DNA of 64,000 bases from Nemertoderma westbladi (Eukaryota; Animalia; Xenacoelomorpha), in contig JAUCBJ010004054.1 in assembly GCA_032718475.1 (NCBI GenBank), forward strand, positions 1-64,000. Direction: 5' to 3'. A program made the translations under genes and the position numbers. Of this stretch, positions 22,801-34,174 are shown in pieces. The first letter of the stretch is position 1, and each line of letters begins with the position of its first letter. A model generated the notes under the pieces. It made no database searches. It had not been told where the DNA came from and worked only from the letters and a program-made list of their open reading frames with translations.

Positions 22801-25751
22801 ACCTACCTACTATTATCTATTTCCCAGTACCTACCTACTATTCTCTATTTCCCCGTACCTACCTACTATTCCCTATTTCCGATTACCTACCTACTATTCC
22901 CTATTTCCCCGTACCTACCTACTATTCCCTATTTCCCAATACCTACCTACTATTATCTATTTCCCAGTACCTACCTACTATTCCCTATTTCCCAGTACCT
23001 ACCTACTATTCTCTATTTCCCAATACCTACCTACTATTATCTATTTCCCCGTACCTACCTACTATTCCCTATTTCCCAGTACCTACCTACTATTCTCTAT
23101 TTCCCAATACCTACCTACTATTCCCTATTTCCCAGTACCTACCTACTATTCTCTATTTCCCAATACCTACCTACTATTCCCTATTTCCCAGTACCTACCT
23201 ACTATTCTCTATTTCCCAATACCTACCTACTATTATCTATTTCCCAGTACCTACCTACTATTCCCTATTTCCGATTACCTACCTACTATTCCCTATTTCC
23301 CCGTACCTACCTACTATTCCCTATTTCCCAATACCTACCTACTATTATCTATTTCCCAGTACCTACCTACTATTCCCTATTTCCCAATACCTACCTACTA
23401 TTATCTATTTCCCCGTACCTACCTACTATTCCCTATTTCCCCGTACCTACCTACTATTCCCTATTTCCGATTACCTACCTACTATTCCCTATTTCCCCGT
23501 ACCTACCTACTATTCCCTATTTCCCAATACCTACCTACTATTATCTATTTCCCAGTACCTACCTACTATTCCCTATTTCCCAATACCTACCTACTATTAT
23601 CTATTTCCCCGTACCTACCTACTATTCTCTATTTCCCCGTACCTACCTACTATTCCCTATTTCCGATTACCTACCTACTATTCCCTATTTCCCCGTACCT
23701 ACCTACTATTCCCTATTTCCCAATACCTACCTACTATTATCTATTTCCCAGTACCTACCTACTATTCCCTATTTCCCAGTACCTACCTACTATTATCTAT
23801 TTCCCAGTACCTACCTACTATTCTCTATTTCCCCGTACCTACCTACTATTCCCTATTTCCCAATACCTACCTACTATTATCTATTTCCCAGTACCTACCT
23901 ACTATTCTCTATTTCCCCGTACCTACCTACTATTCCCTATTTCCGATTACCTACCTACTATTCCCTATTTCCCCGTACCTACCTACTATTCCCTATTTCC
24001 CAATACCTACCTACTATTATCTATTTCCCAGTACCTACCTACTATTCCCTATTTCCCAGTACCTACCTACTATTCTCTATTTCCCAATACCTACCTACTA
24101 TTATCTATTTCCCCGTACCTACCTACTATTCCCTATTTCCCAGTACCTACCTACTATTCTCTATTTCCCAATACCTACCTACTATTCCCTATTTCCCAGT
24201 ACCTACCTACTATTCTCTATTTCCCAATACCTACCTACTATTCCCTATTTCCCAGTACCTACCTACTATTCTCTATTTCCCAATACCTACCTACTATTAT
24301 CTATTTCCCAGTACCTACCTACTATTCCCTATTTCCGATTACCTACCTACTATTCCCTATTTCCCCGTACCTACCTACTATTCCCTATTTCCCAATACCT
24401 ACCTACTATTATCTATTTCCCAGTACCTACCTACTATTCCCTATTTCCCAATACCTACCTACTATTATCTATTTCCCCGTACCTACCTACTATTCCCTAT
24501 TTCCCCGTACCTACCTACTATTCCCTATTTCCCCGTACCTACCTACTATTCCCTATTTCCGATTACCTACCTACTATTCCCTATTTCCCCGTACCTACCT
24601 ACTATTCCCTATTTCCCAATACCTACCTACTATTATCTATTTCCCAGTACCTACCTACTATTCTCTATTTCCCCGTACCTACCTACTATTCCCTATTTCC
24701 GATTACCTACCTACTATTCCCTATTTCCCCGTACCTACCTACTATTCCCTATTTCCCAATACCTACCTACTATTATCTATTTCCCAGTACCTACCTACTA
24801 TTCCCTATTTCCCAGTACCTACCTACTATTATCTATTTCCCCGTACCTACCTACTATTCCCTATTTCCCCGTACCTACCTACTATTCCCTATTTCCGATT
24901 ACCTACCTACTATTCCCTATTTCCCCGTACCTACCTACTATTCCCTATTTCCCAATACCTACCTACTATTATCTATTTCCCAGTACCTACCTACTATTAT
25001 CTATTTCCCAATACCTACCTACTATTCCCTATTTCCGATTACCTACCTACTATTCCCTATTTCCCCGTACCTACCTACTATTCCCTATTTCCCAATACCT
25101 ACCTACTATTATCTATTTCCCAGTACCTACCTACTATTATCTATTTCCCAATACCTACCTACTATTATCTATTTCCCCGTACCTACCTACTATTCCCTAT
25201 TTCCCAGTACCTACCTACTATTATCTATTTCCCCGTACCTACCTACTATTCCCTATTTCCCAATACCTACCTACTATTCCCTATTTCCGATTACCTACCT
25301 ACTATTCCCTATTTCCGATTACCTACCTACTATTCCCTATTTCCCCGTACCTACCTACTATTCCCTATTTCCCAATACCTACCTACTATTATCTATTTCC
25401 CAGTACCTACCTACTATTCCCTATTTCCCAGTACCTACCTACTATTATCTATTTCCCAGTACCTACCTACTATTCTCTATTTCCCCGTACCTACCTACTA
25501 TTCTCTATTTCCCCGTACCTACCTACTATTCCCTATTTCCCAGTACCTACCTACTATTCCCTATTTCCCAGTACCTACCTACTATTCTCTATTTCCCCGT
25601 ACCTACCTACTATTCTCTATTTCCCCGTACCTACCTACTATTCCCTATTTCCCAGTACCTACCTACTATTCTCTATTTCCCAGTACCTACCTACTATTCT
25701 CTATTTCCCCGTACCTACCTACTATTCCCTATTTCCCAGTACCTACCTACC
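19888..25751 (+). repeat. 28-bp minisatellite (TACCTACCTACTATTCCCTATTTCCCAG)n, about 210 units
   Basis: Period 28 (e.g. 19916 to 19944), with variation concentrated at two positions. Confidence 0.98.
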
Positions 25752-26811
25752 TGTTAATCCACTAGCTCGTATATAAACCATATAAATCACACCGCGGCAA
25801 GTTTACGGTATTTAGGTCAGTTAGAGATAGTTAGGATTCGCTGCGCGGGGATTGTTTCCTCGTGAGTTTGGTCTGCCACCGTAGACTGTACATCTGCCTC
25901 ACCGGTTAGAGCAAGGGTATCCTGTTTTGTCTAGTTTGTCGGGCATTTGACTCGCCCACGTATTTAGAATAGACACCAGGCTCTGTTCCTCGCCAGTAGT
26001 TGTTCTCGTATCTGTATCTCTTTATTTAGGCACCCTGGACTGGGATTTGTTGCCAGATACTGTACGAGCCTGTATACACTACTGGATCTTACGGTAAGAT
26101 ACATGTTACTAGGATCCGGTAAGCAGTATACTACTAGACTTTTCAGTAGGGAATATTCTATAGCTTAATATTAGTAGATTTGTAGGCCGTAGGATAGCTC
26201 TTACTGAGAAGGATCTCAAAGTAGGGAATACTATATAAATTACTAAATTGTTGTATAGTATTATTTAGATTTGTACGCGCTGTAAAGTGCGTGCGCACTT
26301 TCAGTAGGCTTTAGGGTAGCTAGTAGTTTTCGTATTTAATATTTGACTAGCTAATAGTTAGTTTATAGCAATTTGTTTTACGCCGTGTGTGTGCGGTGTT
26401 ACTTTTCGGTACTTGAAAAGGTACATAGGGTTTAAAGACCAAGTTGTATCGGTACCTAGGAAGAATTTTCGTAGAGTAGAAGTAAAACTCTCACCTTCGA
26501 CCTTTCAGGACTCAAGGACTCATTTCTGGACCGTTTTGAGGGATTAGACCGCTTTTCGCAAAGTTTGGGAGACACAAAATTCGTCCGCGACGCCGAAAAC
26601 GGAATGACCCACATATCCAGTTTGTATTTGGGAATTTGCACGACTGGAAGATCAAAGGAGCGTAAGTTTTACGACTCGTGTCGTTCAAAATTTAGAGCAC
26701 AGTAGTACTCAAAATTTGTGGGTTCCACTGTCTAATTAGTAGTGTTGTTGGTACTTATTTTCCCCGTTAGACGTTGCTGTTTTGCCTATTATTTGTACTT
26801 GTTGATCTACA
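25752..26811 (+). repeat. Putative 5' LTR of the Pao element
   Basis: TGTTAATCC...GATCTACA followed by a PBS-like TTTTGGT; no second LTR in the window to confirm it. Confidence 0.55.
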
Positions 26812-29800
26812 TTTTGGTAACGTATACCGTTATCTCACTTATTCGTACAAATTTAGCCGGTAGGTTAGATTATTACATATTTTATTATATACATTGATTT
26901 TATTTGTACCGGTTAGGGTATATATATGGTATATATATACTAAGGTAAGTTTGACATTTCGACATTTTGACATTCTGATACTTTGACATTTTATTACCCG
27001 TACTTGATGTATATAATAAGACATCAGTGACACCCCACATTTGACTCGATACCCACCTACCGACTATGACTCGTGCGACCCGGACAGATCGACAGTAGAC
27101 GAACCGAGAAGGAGAACCCGAGATTCTACCGTCACATCTATGTCACACCGCGTGCGTCGCCAGTACCCCGAACGGAAATACTGGAAGCCGCAACGCGTGG
27201 CGATGGCAGAATCAAAGATTTCCTTACCGTCCCGCAGACCAGATCGTTGGAACCAGACATGGTAAGCTTGGCCGGAAGCCAAGAAAATGTTATTAGGAGT
27301 ATAGGAGGACACATGGGCCAGATAACTTGAAACTTTGGAGAAGGTTTTTGCGTTTTACGCGAGTTAACCGCCCCGATGTCGAGATACTAGTTCTACACCT
27401 TACAGGTAAGGATAGAAAGTAGGGTACATGTTTTGGTAGATAAACTTAAAGGTTTACACGAACTTGCAGAGTTGCGTGGCGACAACTTTACTCAGGTAAA
27501 GATAATAAATAAGTTGGTAAGTGCGAGGGAAAGCCTCATCCAGTTTAAGTCAGTAATAAGATTGGCTCAACAGGAGCAGTTTGACCAACTGTTAGGTGAG
27601 TCAGTTTCGGATGCGTTATTGCAACCTGAAGAGGAAGAATAACTTTATCGCCTGGACGGGAGGTTAGGGACGCTCACCAATTTCCTTCGTAGATACGGCG
27701 TACCGATCGAAGAACCGGAAGTCGAACAGCGAGGGACGACGGAAGTTCTAACTACGGAAGGCTTGCGAGCCTACCAAATTCCACAACTGGATAGATCATT
27801 CGTTAGTGTACGGAGCGATGTTGGCGACGTTAGTAAGGGGGCGTCTGTAATTACTCGACAACAACAGGAAGTCGCACGCCGACAACAAGTCGCCGAGGAA
27901 GAAACGCAATGACAATTGGCGCAGATTGCGACGGAAGGAGAAAGACAGCGACAAGAAGATGAAGCGAGAATTGCGAAACTCCAGGCTCAAGCCGAATTCG
28001 AAGCCTCGGAAATGTGGAGACTGGAGGAGGGCTTGGCGCAAGAAGCGGCCGCGGCGGCAGCAGCGGACAAGTTAGCACGAGTTGCGGCAGTAAACGCAGC
28101 TGAGTTAGCACGGAAGAAAGCAGCATCTGATGCTCATGCCAAGTTGGAGGTGCGACAAATAAACGCTCGTCTAGCTATACAAGAAGTGGAGCGAGCAGCA
28201 CAACAACAGGTAGCCGATCGACGCGAAAGGGAGATGCGGCTCCAATTCGAACTAGGTCGCAGATCGCGCGAGGCAGCGAACGTGCAAGAAGACCTCGAAC
28301 TCGACGCGAGAGACAGATCTATAAGGTCTCAAGCTAGACATGACTTGATACTTGACATGGAGACTCGATATCGCGGGATTCAAAGATGAATCGAGGAAGG
28401 AAGTGTGGGAGCAATAAATCGAGGGGAGGAGTTCGTCGAGGATTACTGTAAACGTTTTCCCCAAGTGATTCCTATGCTCAAACCCACAACGCCGATAAAA
28501 CTGGTTTTAGTTGCAAAACCTAAAGAAATATCACCTGTGCGCTCAACGCAAGGTAACAGGTTTGTTGTGACAGAAATACCGCAACCTAGAGCGACGTCAT
28601 CGCCGATTTTAGCAGGTAAAGTAAGTAGTCCACCTACAGTAAGCCGTAGTCTACTTGTAGGAAGAGAGGAACCTGTATTTATGACAGTTAAGCAGGTAAG
28701 TAAGTTAAACCTGTAACGTGCTGCGCGAATCCAGTCATTTACAGACCGACTACGAACCCTGACTGCTTTATTCGACCTTTGACACACTGTGTAACAAGAC
28801 CTACGACTTCGTGGAAGGCTTGCGCGCCTACCGAACGACGAAGAACCGAGGACGCCGAATGAAGACGGACGCAACCGAAGAAAATACCTAAAGAGGTGAA
28901 GTCTCTATAGGGGTGTTTTCAACAGGCGGCGGCGGACTCGTGAGGGTCTGGGGGCACGTTAAATTGGTTGTATAGTGCTAGGGAGTCACTGAAGGCCCTC
29001 GTGTCTAGCGAACCATGAATCGACATGGTGCCGTGGTACCATCTAGTCGGCCTGTTGCCGTACTGCCAGTCCTGTACACAGTAGGGGTGGTGGCATGGCG
29101 TGATTTGTGGTTCATGTGGCGTGAACTATGTTTTGTATGTGAGCGATCAGTGGCAGTTTGCTTGGTTCCTTTGGCCATCAGCTGTTCCATTTTTTTGATA
29201 CTATATGTTATTGTCTCCATGTTCAGCTGATTGGTCTTTGGGATTTGTTCGGGTCTTTGAGCTTTCTGTTGCTGTGGGTATGTGAGTACACGTGATTGTA
29301 TGTGTGGCCACTGCGAGTGAGTATGGGAACCCTTGCCAGTTGGTCCAGACGCCGCTGGTATTAGTAGGACCATATCTCTACTGCGCCCTGACGGCAAAAT
29401 AAGGTACTCTCGACTCTTTATGAGTCGATACAACTTTGTCCCCTCTGATTTGTCACCGATTTTGTCTTTCACGATTTTGTCTTCTGTGTGTGCATGGTAT
29501 GTGTTCGATTTTGTGCTTACCGTTGTGTACTTGATTTTGTGAACATCTGTTGAGTACATATGTACAGTGACTGGTAAGTGGTTACTTGTTCAGTAGCTTT
29601 TGAGCTACAGACAGTATTGTCTTTTCAATACTGCCGGCGAGGCAGGTGAAAACGAGTCAAAATTCCAATGTTGGGTAGCGCAAGCCCGCTTGGGACAAGA
29701 CCGTCGGTTAGGCCCAAGGGCGACCTTGGTGCTCGATTGCTATCGACTGGTCCACCTGCCGGTTGACTCTTTGAGTTGGCTCAATGTACAGTCAGGCCAC

Positions 29801-30314
29801 AGTAAGTTGACAGTAGCTGACTACATCTGGCTACACGTTCGACGAGCTGTGCCGGTGTGATCGGGGGACCGAAAACAGAACCCGGGAAGCATCGGGCCAC
29901 CCTGCGGCCCGGTTGTAAGGACCGACTGATAGAAATGTCAGTAGGACTGGCCCCCGGGATGGTGGAAACACGTCCGCCTCATGGGTGAGCCTCCGAGAGG
30001 AGTCCAGAAGGACGAAAGCGAATACACCGGACGCGAACCCGCCAACCACCTTATCCGGACGACAGCGATTCATCTAGTGACTCGGAGTCGACGGAATGGG
30101 AAATATTCCGTACTGGAGTGGCGGATGATTACAAACGAGAGGAGAGATCGACAAATCCTTATATCGACAATCCTCCGCGAGAAACACCCCTATAGAAACC
30201 CAAGTTGCAACCAGCGGAAGCGATTAGCGCCAAACAGTTCACTGAGATGGTGGACCGACTGCTCAACTTGAAGAGCGACTTGAAGCGCAACCGTCAGATC
30301 GATCACGAACCAGC

Positions 30315-32190
30315 ATGGAGTTGGAACGACCTAGACAACATCGACCACCACGGAGAGAACAGGAGACTAGACAGACTCCGAACCATCGAGAAGAAGATCC
30401 CGTTAATATTTCTTACCGACGGATAACGCGCGGAAGGGAATCACTGGACGACGTAACCGAACAGGGACGCGGACAGTTGGATTTAGTTAGCGAGATTGCG
30501 AAGTTTGCGGCCAGACATGGATTACCGGCACAACAACCACCGAAGTTCTCTGGCAACGCAAAGCACTGGTGTTCGTTGGTAGACTACGTAGAGTCCCAGA
30601 TCGCTAAGTGTGCCTTCGCCTCGACGGAAAAGTTTAACTACTTGCTCCAAGTACTGCCTGGTGAGCCGAAACGATTAGCGGAAACCTTTATTGGAGTTCC
30701 GAATGCTTTTGAGTTGGCGTACAACCGCTTGTTTTCGATTTACGGCGGCAACGTAGCCATGGCTAAATCTATTATCGAAGACCTCTGTAGAGGAGGAAGC
30801 ATTTCGAAACCGATCGATCTTCTACGACTCACGGACGAAATCAAGAACGCTATAGGGACCTTACGGTCCATCGGACAACTCGAGTACTCCAACGCACCGA
30901 TAGTTCTAATTAGGATAATCGGTCGACTCCATCATCGATTACGACGGGAATGGCGACGTATTGAGTATCAGCGTGAAGAGACCGGCGGGCTATTAAAACT
31001 TACCGACGTCTACCAATTGATTTCGTGAGAGGCCGTTGTTGAAACTCGATCAAACTACACTGACCACCATATAACGGCAGAAAGAATAGCTATTGCTGCG
31101 CCGAATCGGACCAAACCATTTCCGACGAACGTGAAAGCCGTGACTTATGCCACCCCTACGGAAACTTCTAAAGTTCTGACGCCTATCGGCACCAAGCAGC
31201 CACGACAACAGTTGCCGGCGGATGTTGTGGGATGTCCATATTGCGAATGGAATGGCAGAAACCACAGCAGACATAAACTACGTGCATGTCGCGCCTTTAG
31301 AGAGTTGTGAGTTGAAGAAAGAAGACTCCAAATTCGACCATTGGATTCTTGTTGGAGATGTACCAGGCCTGGACACGTCCGGAAGGATTGCACGAGCGAC
31401 GATACATGTCCTCTATGTGGACGTAACCACGACGCGTTACTCCACATGAATAGTCATACTCCGACCAAACGCTTTCGACGAGAGCATCCAGATAAAGCGG
31501 CTAGATGCGACGCACTTTATAAGGAGCGTGAGCTGCGCGAGATTCGTACGTTCTATACTGACTGTATGGATCAATCCGGATCATCGGACGAGGACGAGGA
31601 GGAAGACGACACCTTTTACGTGCATGCTGGGGAGGAACAACCATCGATAGCACTCCTCACACAGAACCAATTGAAAGGGTTTAGCATGATTCCTATAAAG
31701 ATTACCGGAACCCGATAGAGCAGGCGTATATACGCTATCTTAGACTCTGCGTCATCGCATAGTTACGTCGACGAACAAGTAGCCGACGTAGTTACTGACA
31801 TGAGTAAAGGTAAGACTGCTCAGTATACTGTAAGCAGCATGCATGGTAAGAGAGCGATTCCTGTGACGAGAGTAAAATTAACCTTAGACAGTCTTCTTTC
31901 CAAAGCGGAACACAGCAAGGAGGAGCGCTCATTACTTCCGGGAAGAAATTTGACCTTTGCAGCTACGAAGGACCTTAGTAACTTGCTCGGCCCTGTGCCA
32001 GAGCAATCACCGGAAGATCGTAAGTATTTCCGACACCTTGGAATACCGGAATGTCCTGTTAACTATCGCTCAATCGCGATGTTGATTGGGACAGACCAGT
32101 TTAACTTACATCAGGTATGGGAGACATGCCCATCTGTTATTACAGCGGGCAACCCCTACGCATGTAGAACTCCCATAGGTTGGTATACTA
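30315..32190 (+). pseudogene. Pao gag core, zinc knuckles and aspartic protease with stops and frameshifts
   Basis: ORF pieces 30315-31028, 31341-31718 and 31800-32207 carry the motifs listed above. Confidence 0.88.
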
Positions 32191-32587
32191 TCGGAAATAT
32201 AGAATAGTAGGTAGGTACTCGGAAATAGAGAATAGTAGGTTGGTAATCGGAAATAGAGAATAGTAGGTAGGTACTGGGAATTAGAGAATAGTAGGTACGT
32301 ACTGGGAAATAGAGAATAGTAGGTAGGTACGGGGAAATAGAGAATAGCAGGTAGGTATGGGGAAATAGAGAATAGTAGGTAGGTACGCGGAAATAGAGAA
32401 TAGTAGGTAGGTAATCGGAAATAGAGAATAGTAGGTAGGTACTGGGAAATAGAGAATGGTAGGTAGGTACGGGGAAATAGATAATAGTAGGTAGGTATTG
32501 GGAAATAGAGAATAGTAGGTAGGTACGGGGAAATAGAGAATAGTAGGTAGGTAATCAGAAATAGAGAATAGTAGGTAGGTAATCGGA
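32190..32587 (-). repeat. Inverted block of the 28-bp minisatellite, about 14 units
   Basis: GGAAATAGAGAATAGTAGGTAGGTAC units are the reverse complement of the 19888-25751 unit. Confidence 0.95.
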
Positions 32588-33990
32588 ACGTGAAATGGGG
32601 CCGATTTCATGCATATCAGAGATGGTGAAAACCATGGGCGGTTTCCTTGGTTACAACATGTCGATTTGATTGGTTTCCACGTTGAACAGCTAAAAGCTGG
32701 GCCTGCAGTGTAGTTTCCATTTTCAAAGTTTGTTTGTCGTTCTGCACGAAACTGACGGTTTTCTTCGAGAACAGACGGTTTTAGAATTCCTGGGTCTAGT
32801 TCTACAATGTCTTCTACTAAGGTGTTGCACTTGGTAATATGGTGAGCCAAGGTAGCTGACGAGTTAGATGGCAGACAAAGGAGGCGTTTAAGAAATTTAG
32901 ATTTAATTTTATCCATCTCCTTTAATTTTGCGAGAGTAAAATATTCAGCAATTTCAGGGAAGCTGTATAAATTTTCATTTTGAAAATTTTTAAGCCAGTT
33001 TCAATAGAGGCGAGATGGATATGCCTGAGGCAACCTATTAATGAGTAAGAGTGTTGCTTCTTGTTTTCTATATGCTGTGTGAAACACAGTGTAGGCTGGA
33101 GAGTGATTCCCAGATAAACATACCTGTTGCTAACTTCAACTGGCTCGCCGCCGTAAAAGAATTTGTCTTGGGTGGCCAGTCTACCGCCTCTTCGGAACTT
33201 CATTATTTAGTCTTGTCCAAATTTAGACTCATTTTGTTATTCTTGCACCAGAGATATAACTCACCTAGCCCGGATTGGACAGCTGATTTGTCCGTTGAAT
33301 AAAGAACCAAAAAGTCTGCAAAGATAATGAACAGTATGGTAGATCCAATGCGACGTAAACATGAAGCCAGATTAGATATAAACATCACAAAAGCGTTTGG
33401 AGAGAAACAGTCACCCTGTAAGATACCTCGTAGCTGTTTAACGGGTGATGAATACCGAACTCCGTCATATATTTTAATCGAGTTGTTGAGAATTCCTTTA
33501 ATTAGACAATATAGATTCCCTTTGATATTGAACTGTGTATAAGTTTTCAATAAGAGGATTTTCCGATCTACCATGTTGAAAGCTTTCCTGAAATCAATGA
33601 AAGCTGCAGTAATCATGGCTATTCCGCGGTAATTACCTGGGTTTGATGTACTTCCCTTACCCCCTTGTATAGTACTTTAATCAAGCTCATTCTCCAAGAG
33701 GATGGAATCGAACCAATCTTTAAACACGTATTGAACAAAAGAACTAGAATTGTTAGCAGATACGGCAGCGATGTCTTTATATGTTCATAAAAAATCCTAT
33801 CTAAACCACACGCCTTTCCATTTGCTGTTCTTTTGACTGCTTCCTCAACTTCATCATCATTGATCGAGTTATTAAACCATTCATCTGAGTTGTTTTCTTC
33901 ACAGTTAGGTTCTGCTAAGTTGTATTCACTATTGAACGATTCTTCTGTGTCTCCAATTAAACCTTGGAAGTGGTCATTGTTCTATTTTGC
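32588..33990 (-). mobile_element. Degenerate non-LTR retrotransposon RT fragment
   Basis: FIDFRKAFNMVDR, GILQGDCFSP, IFADFLV, NLDKTK, YVYLGI and C-terminal HGFHH; stops and frameshifts. Confidence 0.88.
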
Positions 33991-34174
33991 AGTTAGAATT
34001 ACAATTATAAGTTAATTAAGTTATTGGGATCTTATGTTGGATTTGATTTTAATATACCGATACTGCAGTATTGTATACTGTAAACTGTAAAGGTACCCTG
34101 ACTGGCAACGAGACTGCACTGACCTGAACTGACTGAACAGGGCTGGCAAGTTGCAGTAATCAGGCAACAAAACA

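Larger units (their letters stand above)
25752..32190 (+). mobile_element. Bel/Pao LTR retrotransposon, 5' part only (LTR, gag, protease), degenerate
   Basis: TG start at the array end; coiled-coil gag; DUF1759-like PPKFSG..EKFNYL..LFSIYG; Zn knuckles CWRCTRPGHVRKDC and CPLCGRNHDALLH; protease YAILDSAS, LIGTD, RTPIGW; no RT or integrase. Confidence 0.88.
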
